DNA of 64,000 nt from Candidatus Latescibacterota bacterium (GTDB lineage Bacteria > Latescibacterota > UBA2968): positions 2,176,001-2,240,000 of the forward strand of contig OZ242311.1 in NCBI GenBank assembly GCA_965207885.1, in the 5' to 3' direction. A program made the translations under genes and the position numbers. The notes beneath the pieces are model-generated. The model worked only from the letters and a program-made list of their open reading frames with translations. It made no database searches and had not been told where the DNA came from. This document shows, in pieces, positions 28,766 to 38,177 of the stretch (position 1 is the stretch's first letter; the number at the start of each line of letters is the position of its first letter).

Positions 28766-30033
28766 TGTTACGTCGTACCGCTCTTCATATTTTACCTTTC
28801 GGCGCTGTCTGGATTTTGGTTCTGGTCTTTGCTGTTGGCGCACATGCCGAAATTGGGATTGACCGCGATTTTTCCGGGCGCGTGAATGTCGAAAGCCGAT
28901 GGTTTCCCCGGGCCGGTGCTTTTTCCGGTCAGGGGGCACAGGCCATCGGTTTTGTTGTAGTACCCAACCTCTATCTCGCAGACGCTGAGGGTAGGAGTTT
29001 CACGCTATCGCCATTTTTTCGCTATGACAACGCGGATCCACGCCGCACCCATGCCGATCTGCGAGAAGCCTATTTTCTGGTATTCGGCGAGATCGGCGAT
29101 GGCGAATGGGAGTTGCGCGTGGGTATTGATCAGGTCTTCTGGGGCGTTACGGAATCGCAACATCTGGTCGATGTTGTCAATCAGATCGATCTGGTGGAAC
29201 ATCCAAATGGAGAGGCTAAGCTGGGGCAGCCGATGGTCAATATTACCTGGTCCAGCGATTGGGGAGTAGTGGAATTTTTTGTTTTGCCGTATCACAGGGT
29301 GCGCACGTTTCCGGGCGAATCCGGCCGCCTGCGCCTTCCGCTCGTGGTGGAAGATGAACGCGTCGAGTATGAGAGCGAGGGGGAGGAGTGGCATCTGGAT
29401 TTTGCCGCGCGGTACAGTCAGAGTTTTGGCACTTTCGATGTTGGCCTGAGTGTGTTCAACGGCACCAGCCGGGAGCCTTTTTTGATGCCGGGCGTGAGTA
29501 GTAATGGAGCACCGGTATTGGTACAGCACTACGATCAGATTCGTCAGTTTGGACTGGATGCGCAACTCACTGTCGGATCCTGGTTGTTTAAGTTCGAGGC
29601 TATTCAGCGCGCGGGTGCTCGAAATTTGCTGGGTATGGAAGAGGATTATGTGGCTTCCGTTTTTGGGGGAGAATACACGTTTTATTCCGTATTTGGTTCG
29701 GCCTTTGATGTCAGTTTGCTCGGCGAATGGAATTACGATGGGCGGGGGCGTAATGCGACTCCGAGTCGCTCGCCCAATACGCTCGAAAACGACTTCTTTT
29801 TTGCTACGCGCCTTGCATTCAACGATGTTCAGAGTACTGAAATTGTCGCGAGTTTTTTGGGGGATGCGGGTCGTTCTACACGCGCACTATCTGTCGAATT
29901 GGACCGGCGCATCTCTGATCAGTTGTCTCTGAATATAGAGGCGATTCATCTTCTCTCTATTGACAAAGCAGATATCCACTACGATACGCGCCGCGATAGT
30001 TTTATTGATGTGAGTCTGATGTACAATTTTTAG
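28762..30033 (+). CDS. Outer-membrane beta-barrel protein, hypothetical (partner of MMPL/LolA-like pair)
   Basis: Signal peptide, DLREAY, VFWGVTESQHLVDVVNQ, alternating beta strands, C-terminal YNF. Confidence 0.75.
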   Translation: MMLRRTALHILPFGAVWILVLVFAVGAHAEIGIDRDFSGRVNVESRWFPRAGAFSGQGAQAIGFVVVPNLYLADAEGRSFTLSPFFRYDNADPRRTHADLREAYFLVFGEIGDGEWELRVGIDQVFWGVTESQHLVDVVNQIDLVEHPNGEAKLGQPMVNITWSSDWGVVEFFVLPYHRVRTFPGESGRLRLPLVVEDERVEYESEGEEWHLDFAARYSQSFGTFDVGLSVFNGTSREPFLMPGVSSNGAPVLVQHYDQIRQFGLDAQLTVGSWLFKFEAIQRAGARNLLGMEEDYVASVFGGEYTFYSVFGSAFDVSLLGEWNYDGRGRNATPSRSPNTLENDFFFATRLAFNDVQSTEIVASFLGDAGRSTRALSVELDRRISDQLSLNIEAIHLLSIDKADIHYDTRRDSFIDVSLMYNF

Positions 30034-30056
30034 TTGCTGCACAATCTCTAATTAAA

Positions 30057-30095
30057 AAACAACCCCCGCCCGGAATGACCTGGCGGGGGTTGTTT
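30057..30095. terminator. Bidirectional intrinsic terminator
   Basis: AAACAACCCCCGCC...GGCGGGGGTTGTTT between convergent genes. Confidence 0.8.
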
Positions 30096-30113
30096 GGTTG
30101 TATGAAGAAGCGA

Positions 30114-31433
30114 TTACATTACGCCAGGTTCCATACCCGGTTCGCCCGCGTGGTATGACGCCAGGCACCAGGGGTCTCGGGTTTCTTTGCGGAAGGTGCG
30201 AATTTTTTGTCGCATGACTTCGGCGATGTCCTGAACTGCGGGATCGTCGATGATGTTGGTGGATTCCATGGGGTCGTTTTCAATGTCGAAGAGGGCTTCG
30301 GCATCCTGGTGTAGAAATTTTTCCGTGCGGCGTTTGCCCATTTCCAGATTTTCTCTGCGAATGGCCTGCCAGGTTGGTGATGCCCACAGGTCACTGGGCA
30401 AAGGGGTGGTGATTTCGGGATAGAGATTGCGCACGTATTTGTATTTGCGTCCGCGCAGAACGCGGTAGGGATAGTAGTTGGTGACTTCGTGGAAGGTGTG
30501 GGAAAAGAAGGTTTCGTCAAATCCCTCGGGATGTGTTTCGTCGAGGATGGGGACGAGGGATTTTTCGGGCAAACCTTCAGGGGGTTCAACGCCGCACCAT
30601 TCATAGACGGTCGGGGCGATGTTGTTCCAGTTGACGAGGGCGTCGCTGACAACGGCTTCGGCATCTGGACGCGCAATGATGAGCGGGCAGTGATGGCCCG
30701 TGTCAAAAGAAGAGGCTTTGCCGCCGGGAAAGGGCATGCCGTGGTCGCTCATGACAATGATCATGGTGTCATCGGCTCGGCCAGCGTCCTGGAGTGCCTG
30801 CACGGCCATGCCAATGCCGGCGTCGAGGCGAGAGACGGATTGGTAGTATTCGGCAAATTCCCGTCGGACATCTGGATGATCGGGCAGAAAATCGGGGACG
30901 ATGACTTCTTCGGATGAATACATGACTTCGGGGACGCCGGGATAGGTTTGTTTGTTGCCAAAGTCCCGATGGGGGTCGGAATAACCGACGTGCAGATAGA
31001 ATGGCTGATCGCTATCAATGGTTTCAAAGAATTTTGCGATGTTGTCTGCAATACCGCGCACATTGCGCCCTCCGCCAGCTTCGTAGTTCCAGGGATAGAC
31101 AGATTCGGGTTGTACATGGAGTTTGCCGACAACGCCGGTTGTGAATCCGGCGGATTGCAGTGTTTTGGGAATTGACGGCATGTTGAGTTGCGTGTGGAAG
31201 TTGTGGATGCTGTGCGAGTGGCCGTATTGTCCGTGTGTGTGGCTGTAGTGCCCAGTGAGCAGGTTGGCGCGGCTGGCCGCGCACGATGGGGTGGTGCAAA
31301 AGGCGTGCTTAAATAAGGTGCCTCGCGCGGCAAGTGCATCTACGCTGGGCATTTTGATGACGTCATTGCCATAACATCCGGCAATGGGGCTCCAATCGTC
31401 GGCAATGAGTAAGAGGACGTTGCGGTAGGACAT
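30114..31433 (-). CDS. Sulfatase (N-sulfoglucosamine sulfohydrolase-like)
   Basis: NVLLLIADD, CAASR, GKLHV, DPHR, SDHGMPFPGGK. Confidence 0.9.
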   Translation of the reverse strand: MSYRNVLLLIADDWSPIAGCYGNDVIKMPSVDALAARGTLFKHAFCTTPSCAASRANLLTGHYSHTHGQYGHSHSIHNFHTQLNMPSIPKTLQSAGFTTGVVGKLHVQPESVYPWNYEAGGGRNVRGIADNIAKFFETIDSDQPFYLHVGYSDPHRDFGNKQTYPGVPEVMYSSEEVIVPDFLPDHPDVRREFAEYYQSVSRLDAGIGMAVQALQDAGRADDTMIIVMSDHGMPFPGGKASSFDTGHHCPLIIARPDAEAVVSDALVNWNNIAPTVYEWCGVEPPEGLPEKSLVPILDETHPEGFDETFFSHTFHEVTNYYPYRVLRGRKYKYVRNLYPEITTPLPSDLWASPTWQAIRRENLEMGKRRTEKFLHQDAEALFDIENDPMESTNIIDDPAVQDIAEVMRQKIRTFRKETRDPWCLASYHAGEPGMEPGVM

Positions 31434-31509
31434 AATATCTCCTTGTTGTGATTGCACCCTTTGGGCGCTTCAATGCGGGTGGTTATGTGGTTTTCCATTC
31501 GGTTTAATA

Positions 31510-33327
31510 TCATACTTTGTCTAACCAGATCGGGCTGGTCCACGCCCGGTGGCCATCGTGCTGGTAGATGCGAAGGTAGCAGTAGTGAACACCTGAGGGT
31601 GAAAAGGTGAGATGGACGGTATCTCCCAGGATAATGTGCTGTTTTTTGGGTGTAAAGGTTTGGGATATGTCCCCGTTGACCATCAATTCGATGCGGTCTA
31701 TGTCTGCTGTGCCCAGAACTTCAGCGGTAAATTCGTAGCGATGTGCCCTGACAGTGCTGCCCATGGGATGGGAATTGATCTGAAAATCGATATAGATCCG
31801 GGCGCCAGTGGTGGCGTAGCACCGGCGCTTTGAGAATGCATCGAAGATGGTGGGGCGGTCAAGCCGTTCCGCCCACAGGCCGGTAAGTCCCGCGGGTTTG
31901 CCAGGTCCCGGTTCCGGATAAGGGTTTGCCGGACGGGAGTCGTGGGTGTCGCTGCCGCTGACAATACCGAGTTTGAGACCCTGAAACTGGATGGCCCGGT
32001 TGATTTTGGCTTCTTCAAGATCCACGTTGACATTCTGCTTCTGGTAGATTTCTGCGAGGCATTCCCGTTCGTAAAAGGCGGTGTGAAAGTGCCCTTGAGT
32101 GAATCCGCCCCGGGCATGGACGGCGTCGTAGAGTTCTCGGTAATCCTTGCAGAAGACGGTTTCCGGATGGTAGCGCGCTTGGAGTTTGGGGTCGTGGGCT
32201 TCGGGTCGATCTTCGCAGAAGATGGGAGAAAGACCGTCCAGATCGGGAAAGAATCCGAGACGGTGACTGCCGTCGGGCGGTGTGGCGAATTCAATGGAGG
32301 GAAGAGCAATAAATTCTCCGGGCAGTGTGAAGGAACGCCAGGCATCTATAAGCTGTTCCCAGACTTCGGCGATGCAGGCGCTATACGAAAAAAGCTGTCC
32401 GCCCGAGAAGCTCAGATGGGCGATGTCTCTGGCCCAGATAAAATAGTCTGTCAGAGGGCGCTGGTTGAACAGCATGCCGTGGATATCACCCCAGTACAGA
32501 GTTAAATCAGAGGGTGTAGTAGTGACTCGCGTGGGATTGCTCTGAGCGTTCAGCTTTCCACGCCTGGCAGAGACCTGGTCCCAGGGGGCCTTCGCAGAGA
32601 GGTGGGTACGCGTGGTGTGGGAATTGTCCAGAAATACGCTGATGCTTTCCGCTGCAGTAGCAAGGGTGAGTTCGTCTTTAGAAAAGACGGGATTGCCGTA
32701 TGTGTCGATGGGGGTGACCTGCGCTGCGATACGCCCTGTGCTCAGCGCGTGCGCTGTCACCCGGAGCGTTTCCACAGATCCGGGCGCAATGGTGAGGGGA
32801 TTGCTCTTGAGAATGGAGAGGTCTGTATCTCTGGGCAAAAAAAAGTGATACTTACCTCCTGGATGATGAAAAGAAAGGACACCGTCCAGATCTTCGACAA
32901 GCCAGAAGTGAAAGGCGTCAATGGCGTTCTGTGGGAGCAGAAACCCGTCCGGATGGGTGTGAAGCGCAATGGTGACGCGTTCTCCGGGTGCAACCCGACC
33001 TTTTTTGCACCTGATGTGAACGGCGTGGAGAAACTCGGGCGTCAACGGGTGCGTGTCAAAGGTGCGCACAACGCCGCCTCCCACAAGGGGGACGCCTTCC
33101 CAGTCCGTGTCTGGTGGGCCTGTGATCTCGATGCCGTCGTGGGGTTGAAATGCCTGATCCCTGTTGAGGTACTGGCGGATGTCGTAGAAGATCCACAGGT
33201 TTCCACCGGCCCGAAATCCGCCGTCCGGTGCCCGGTAGTGGAGCCGGAGATCCACGGGACAGCAGACCTGAAGCCTGCCGGCTGCGGTTGCCCAAAATCG
33301 GCTGTCGGGCATGTGAATGTCTCGCAT
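31510..33327 (-). CDS. DUF3604/CehA-McbA-like PHP-domain metallohydrolase
   Basis: LYWGDIHG, GIVSGSDTH, GLTGLWAERLDR, RCYATTGARI, AWTSPIW. Start placed at ATG 33327, 1 nt after the sulfatase stop. Confidence 0.7.
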   Translation of the reverse strand: MRDIHMPDSRFWATAAGRLQVCCPVDLRLHYRAPDGGFRAGGNLWIFYDIRQYLNRDQAFQPHDGIEITGPPDTDWEGVPLVGGGVVRTFDTHPLTPEFLHAVHIRCKKGRVAPGERVTIALHTHPDGFLLPQNAIDAFHFWLVEDLDGVLSFHHPGGKYHFFLPRDTDLSILKSNPLTIAPGSVETLRVTAHALSTGRIAAQVTPIDTYGNPVFSKDELTLATAAESISVFLDNSHTTRTHLSAKAPWDQVSARRGKLNAQSNPTRVTTTPSDLTLYWGDIHGMLFNQRPLTDYFIWARDIAHLSFSGGQLFSYSACIAEVWEQLIDAWRSFTLPGEFIALPSIEFATPPDGSHRLGFFPDLDGLSPIFCEDRPEAHDPKLQARYHPETVFCKDYRELYDAVHARGGFTQGHFHTAFYERECLAEIYQKQNVNVDLEEAKINRAIQFQGLKLGIVSGSDTHDSRPANPYPEPGPGKPAGLTGLWAERLDRPTIFDAFSKRRCYATTGARIYIDFQINSHPMGSTVRAHRYEFTAEVLGTADIDRIELMVNGDISQTFTPKKQHIILGDTVHLTFSPSGVHYCYLRIYQHDGHRAWTSPIWLDKV

Positions 33328-33328
33328 C

Positions 33329-34642
33329 TTACCTTTTTGAACTGTTATCGCGTTTTCGCTCATTGGCTATGTGTTCGAGCATGCGATGCACGCGGTCGAT
33401 TTGTTTAGAGGTAATATTTGTTGTTTCAAAGGGGTCGGAACCGATGTGAAAGAGTTGGGTTTCTTCCGGGGTTTGGCCTTCTTCGTAGATCAATTTCCAA
33501 TTGCCCATTCGCATGCCCAAAGACGATCCCCTGAAGTTCCAGAAGATAGACCGTTCTTCGGGTACGGTGATGTCGCCTGTGAGCAGGGGCCAGATGTCCT
33601 GACCATCCCATTGGGGGTCGCTGTTGGGCGTGTACCCGATGAGGTTGGTCAGGGTTGGCATCCAGTCGGTTATGTGCAGGGGGTGAAAGCATTTGCCGGG
33701 TTGGAGATGAAAAGGCCAATTGATCAGGGACGGCGTGCGTATGCCGCCTTCGTAGAGTTGAGATTTTTGACCTCGCAGGGGCAGGTTGCTGCCCAGGCGT
33801 GGCATTTCTTCGTGGCGTCCCGGATATTTATCCGTGTCGTGAAGGGGACCGGCAGGGATGGCGCCGTTGTCCGATGAGAAGATGATGATGGTGTTTTCGC
33901 GCTGGCATATACGGGCAAGGGTTTCGACGAGTTGACCGATGGCGTGATCCATCTGGCTGGCGTACGCGGCATAGGTCTTGAATGAGCGGTCTTTGTTGTC
34001 GTCGGGATCGTAGCGCCGGTCTGAATAGCGGTCTATCCAGTGCTGCGGTGCTTTTATCGGGGTGTGTACAGCGGTAAATGGGACATAGCAGAACCAGGGG
34101 CCTGTTTGTTCTTCGATCCATTGGATGGCTTCCCGAGCGATGAGGTCGGTGACGTGGCCGCGCTCTTCTACGAGTTCGCCATTGCGGTGCCAGGTGACGC
34201 TGAATGGCCCCGATTTGTAGCGATGGTTATACGGGTCAACGCCGCCGGCCAGGCTCCCATAAGCTGTATTGAAACCAAATTGGTTGGGGCCGTATTCGGG
34301 GGAGGATCCCAGATGCCATTTTCCAAAGAGGCCGGTTTCGTAGCCCGCATTGCGGAAGGATGAGGCGAGTGTTTCATATCCATCTGGGAGTACGGGGGCA
34401 TTGGATGGGACGGTGGCGTGGCGTCCAAAGCGACCGGGATGGCGGCCCGTCAGCAGACAGGTGCGGGTGGGGGTACACATGGGACAGACGTAGTGCTGGT
34501 CGAGTTCGATTCCCGTGGCTGCGAGGCGGTCGATATTGGGCGTGCGAATGTGTGAGCCGTGATAGCTGACGTCACCCCAGCCCATGTCGTCGGCGAGGAT
34601 GAAGAGGATGTTGGGTTTTTCAATTTTTCCGGATTTGGTCAT
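33329..34642 (-). CDS. Arylsulfatase (ARSB-like)
   Basis: PNILFILADDMGWGD, CTPTR, GKWHLG, SSDNG, YEGGIRTP. Confidence 0.92.
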   Translation of the reverse strand: MTKSGKIEKPNILFILADDMGWGDVSYHGSHIRTPNIDRLAATGIELDQHYVCPMCTPTRTCLLTGRHPGRFGRHATVPSNAPVLPDGYETLASSFRNAGYETGLFGKWHLGSSPEYGPNQFGFNTAYGSLAGGVDPYNHRYKSGPFSVTWHRNGELVEERGHVTDLIAREAIQWIEEQTGPWFCYVPFTAVHTPIKAPQHWIDRYSDRRYDPDDNKDRSFKTYAAYASQMDHAIGQLVETLARICQRENTIIIFSSDNGAIPAGPLHDTDKYPGRHEEMPRLGSNLPLRGQKSQLYEGGIRTPSLINWPFHLQPGKCFHPLHITDWMPTLTNLIGYTPNSDPQWDGQDIWPLLTGDITVPEERSIFWNFRGSSLGMRMGNWKLIYEEGQTPEETQLFHIGSDPFETTNITSKQIDRVHRMLEHIANERKRDNSSKR

Positions 34643-34664
34643 GTCAGGTGTCCTGTTAAAAAGT

Positions 34665-35072
34665 CTATAAAATCCACTGTCTGATTTTACCGTTTTCCCT
34701 GTGTTTCGCATACCACAATAATAGGATTATGATTGCGACACCTATGCCATCCCATACCACATCGGTCCAGACGCCAGTGCGACTGGGTACAAAGGATTGA
34801 TGGTATTCGTCCAATATCGCATAGAGAATAGATATCAGGACGCTCCAAAATACACAGGAGGTAAATCGGTTCTTTGTCCATAGAGATCGGAAACACAAAT
34901 AGGTCAGAATAGCATATTCTGCTATGTGTGCGAATTCGCGCGCCGCATGGTGTATTCGTTCACTAAAAAAGAAAAATTTTTCTGTATTTCCGAACGATAA
35001 CAGGCCACTTGAACCAATAAAAATTAAGAGTAGCCAGACAAACAGGGCGATGCGCCAATGCGTTGTTGTCAT
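34665..35072 (-). CDS. VanZ family membrane protein
   Basis: AHIAEYAIL, YAILDEYHQSFVPSRTG...D. Confidence 0.85.
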   Translation of the reverse strand: MTTTHWRIALFVWLLLIFIGSSGLLSFGNTEKFFFFSERIHHAAREFAHIAEYAILTYLCFRSLWTKNRFTSCVFWSVLISILYAILDEYHQSFVPSRTGVWTDVVWDGIGVAIIILLLWYAKHRENGKIRQWIL

Positions 35073-35085
35073 GAGTTTTTCCACC

Positions 35086-35826
35086 CTACTGTGCAGTTTT
35101 GAGGGCTTGTATCGCGTCGTCGGTGGCGTCAATAACATGGGCACCCGCGGGTACGATAAATTCAAACCATTTGTCTTTCAAATCTGGATTGATGGTCAAA
35201 TTGTGAAAGGTCTGCGTGATGATCTCATTGTTTTCGGCATCAAAAAAGCCAATCCGGCGCAACAAGCCATCTTCGGAATTGATGAGTAATTGTGCTTTGA
35301 CAGGGGGGGTAGGCAGTTGTGCGTGCAAGAGATTGACTTTGATCTTTGCTTCAAAGACGCGGTGGGAGCGTTCCTCAAATATTTCGTCTGCGGTGTAGCG
35401 AATGCTCGTCCATTCCAGACCTCTAAAGGGACGCAAAGGGTCGGCCTGGTCTGCATCGGCTTCGAGGTTGGTGATGCGATAGACACGCCCCAGGTTCACT
35501 TTGGAGACAATTTTTTCTTCGCGGTCATAAGTCCACATCAATCCGCCATCAGACAAACGTTGTGAAATAATTACTTGATCTTGCACGGTGTCGAGACGCA
35601 TCAGGTTGGGGCGCTTAAAGGTTGCGCTGGCATTGAGTGCCAGTTCTTGATCCATAACGCGAATGACGGTCGTTTGTTCGGCCTTGCAGGTGACGATTTC
35701 TCTGGCGTTTTTTTGGATTTCGACCATTATTTTATCGGTCTTACCATCTCCTGTTGACATTTTGTTTTCGTTTTCCGCGCTGACCTGGGCTGTGAGGATC
35801 AGCATTGCGATCACCCAGCGTTTCAT
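35086..35826 (-). CDS. LolA-like periplasmic lipoprotein carrier
   Basis: Signal peptide; FKRPNLMRLD, SDGGLMWTYD, FEFIVPAGAHVID. Confidence 0.72.
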   Translation of the reverse strand: MKRWVIAMLILTAQVSAENENKMSTGDGKTDKIMVEIQKNAREIVTCKAEQTTVIRVMDQELALNASATFKRPNLMRLDTVQDQVIISQRLSDGGLMWTYDREEKIVSKVNLGRVYRITNLEADADQADPLRPFRGLEWTSIRYTADEIFEERSHRVFEAKIKVNLLHAQLPTPPVKAQLLINSEDGLLRRIGFFDAENNEIITQTFHNLTINPDLKDKWFEFIVPAGAHVIDATDDAIQALKTAQ

Positions 35827-35838
35827 GACTGGCTCCTT

Positions 35839-36435
35839 ATGAGAAATTTTATTCTTCGCGCTCGCAAAGGTCCCACCACACCCGATTTTTCACTGGATAA
35901 TCTGAGCCGGGTTGGACGATTGGAGATTGTGGCGCATTGTTTGGTCAATGCGCTTTTTTATTCTCAAAATATACGAACGAATACTGTTGTACATCTCGTC
36001 TTTGATGGGCCTTCGGACCCACCGAAAACCGTGCGCTTTGAAAGCGATCATCTGACCTATTTGGGTGGGTTTGATGAACGCACGCTGGCAGGGGCTGTAC
36101 AAAAAGCACTATCTGCTGGCAAGGGTTTGTCACTGGGCGAAGAGCGGCAGGTTGATGACGGCCTGTTTGTGGCAAAAAAGGGATTTGAACGCGCTGTGCA
36201 AGATCGCACAGAATCGCTCTATGTACTCGAGCGCCGAGGTGTTGACATTCGCACGGTGACATTTCCCCAGGATGTAACTTTTGTTTTTTCAGATCATCTC
36301 ACAATGCCAAAAAAAACGGCTAAGTATTTGCGCCGCCTCGGTGCCAAGCCGATTTGCGTAGGTCCCAGGATGTTGTTTGCCTCTCAGTGTATCGTGTTGC
36401 TACACAATGAGTTGGACCGACAGGATATTTGGTAA
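35839..36435 (+). CDS. trmY: tRNA (pseudouridine54-N1)-methyltransferase, SPOUT family
   Basis: MRNFILRARKGPT, GRLEIVAHC, FDER, FVFSDH, VGPRMLFASQCIVLLHNELD. Confidence 0.85.
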   Translation: MRNFILRARKGPTTPDFSLDNLSRVGRLEIVAHCLVNALFYSQNIRTNTVVHLVFDGPSDPPKTVRFESDHLTYLGGFDERTLAGAVQKALSAGKGLSLGEERQVDDGLFVAKKGFERAVQDRTESLYVLERRGVDIRTVTFPQDVTFVFSDHLTMPKKTAKYLRRLGAKPICVGPRMLFASQCIVLLHNELDRQDIW

Positions 36436-36441
36436 AGTGAT

Positions 36442-36939
36442 TTACTGGAAGAGTTTGAATGTCGCGCCGATGTGTCCGGAAAATCCGCTGACGACATCGT
36501 TTTGATCTTCGACAAATTTGATTCTGACAAATATCCCGAGTTTTTCACCTATTGGAAATTTATATCCCAATTCTCCACCTATAAAACGCTCAGAAACACC
36601 ATCGGATAACACAATTCCAATACTCGGTCCCAAAAATAGCTTGTGGGTTTCAAAATCGCGCATGCCAATCGCATAATTGAGACTCGTGCCCAGGGTCTGC
36701 ATCATCGGGCTGGCAAAACTTATGTCGTAAAACGGCGCAAATATGAATGGACCAGGCAGGTTGACATGGACAGAGGCGTGCAGGGCGATTCCACCAGCTG
36801 ATTCAAAACGCTGACGGACACTGTCATTCCACATAAAGCCCCCACCGAGATTTACGCCGTCGATAAATGCCGCATGGGCAGTGCCTATATTAGCAGACAA
36901 CACACATAGCGCGAGACAAAAACTTTTTAGAATCTTCAT
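36442..36939 (-). CDS. Small outer-membrane beta-barrel protein
   Basis: Signal peptide ending AHA; about 8 amphipathic strands; C-terminal IGATFKLF. Confidence 0.6.
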   Translation of the reverse strand: MKILKSFCLALCVLSANIGTAHAAFIDGVNLGGGFMWNDSVRQRFESAGGIALHASVHVNLPGPFIFAPFYDISFASPMMQTLGTSLNYAIGMRDFETHKLFLGPSIGIVLSDGVSERFIGGELGYKFPIGEKLGIFVRIKFVEDQNDVVSGFSGHIGATFKLFQ

Positions 36940-36950
36940 AAACTCTCCTT

Positions 36951-38030
36951 TTAAAGATACCGTTCACTATCTGATCGCTCGCCCAATGCCGCGACCACAT
37001 CTTTTACGCGCTGAGAGCTATCGCGGGGCAAAATAAGCAGGGCATCGCCCGTATCGACTACGATTAAGTTCTCGACATCGACCAGCGCGATTACTTTTTT
37101 TTTGTTGCCATAAACTGTTGTGTTTTTTGCATTGAGCGATAGCACATTGCCACGCAGCACATTGCCATTTTCATCTGTGGGCAAGACATCTGTCAAAGCA
37201 CCCCACGCGCCGATATCGCTCCACTCAATATCTGCTTGTAGGGTCGCAATATCTGACGTGCGTTCGATAATCGCATGATCAATCGCGATGTTTTTCATCT
37301 GTGGATAGATTTCGGTAATGACGTCTGCTTCTCGTCCCTCTTTGGCAGCGGTGCCAATTTGTTCGAGCAGGGCATACATTTCGGGTTCAAATTTTGCAAA
37401 AAGATCCAGCATTGTTCTGGCTTTCCACACAAACATATTGCTATTCCACAGATATTGACCGCTCTCCAGATATGTTTTTGCAGCTTCCGCATCGGGTTTT
37501 TCTGTAAATGACTCTACGGCATAAACCGGCTCGTTGTTTATCTTTGCAATCACATCGCCTTTTTGTATATATCCAAAGCCAGTGTCTGCGCGCGTTGGTT
37601 TTACACCGAGTACAAACAGGGTCTCGGCGCGACCTTTCAGCGCGTCTTCCGCTACTTTGAGCAACCGACAAAATTCCTCTGGTTTGCCAATGTGATGATC
37701 AGAACCCAAACTCGCAATTGTACATCCGGGAAAACGAGCTTCCAACAAGGCGCACTCAAGCCCGACCGCAGGCCCTGTGTTGCGGAGTGCTGGTTCTACA
37801 ATCGCGTTTTCAGCAGATAATTCGGGCAATTGTTCTCGAATGCTATGCAATAATTTAACGCCGATAGATACATAAAGGTCATCTATTTTGGCCAGTGAAT
37901 TGAGGCGATCTACCGCCTCCTGCAACATTGTGCGTTCACCCGTCAAAGCGTGAAATTGTTTGGGCCTGTTCTTGCGACTCAAAGGCCATAGCCGCGTACC
38001 AACACCACCCGCGCGAATTACAAATTTCAT
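36951..38030 (-). CDS. manC: Mannose-1-phosphate guanylyltransferase
   Basis: AGGVGTRLWPLSRKNRPKQF, EPALRNTGPA, FTEKPD, WSDIGAW. Confidence 0.9.
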   Translation of the reverse strand: MKFVIRAGGVGTRLWPLSRKNRPKQFHALTGERTMLQEAVDRLNSLAKIDDLYVSIGVKLLHSIREQLPELSAENAIVEPALRNTGPAVGLECALLEARFPGCTIASLGSDHHIGKPEEFCRLLKVAEDALKGRAETLFVLGVKPTRADTGFGYIQKGDVIAKINNEPVYAVESFTEKPDAEAAKTYLESGQYLWNSNMFVWKARTMLDLFAKFEPEMYALLEQIGTAAKEGREADVITEIYPQMKNIAIDHAIIERTSDIATLQADIEWSDIGAWGALTDVLPTDENGNVLRGNVLSLNAKNTTVYGNKKKVIALVDVENLIVVDTGDALLILPRDSSQRVKDVVAALGERSDSERYL

Positions 38031-38177
38031 ATCCCGTATCCAGCTATCACAACACCAGGAGTAATATCCCTTGCAAGAGGTCGCAACCGAAACCTTGCAG
38101 CAAAGGCCGTCTTTTTATATCTTTATTCAAATACGCGTGAAATATCCCTCAGGGGGATTGCTCCCCCGCAACAGGAG

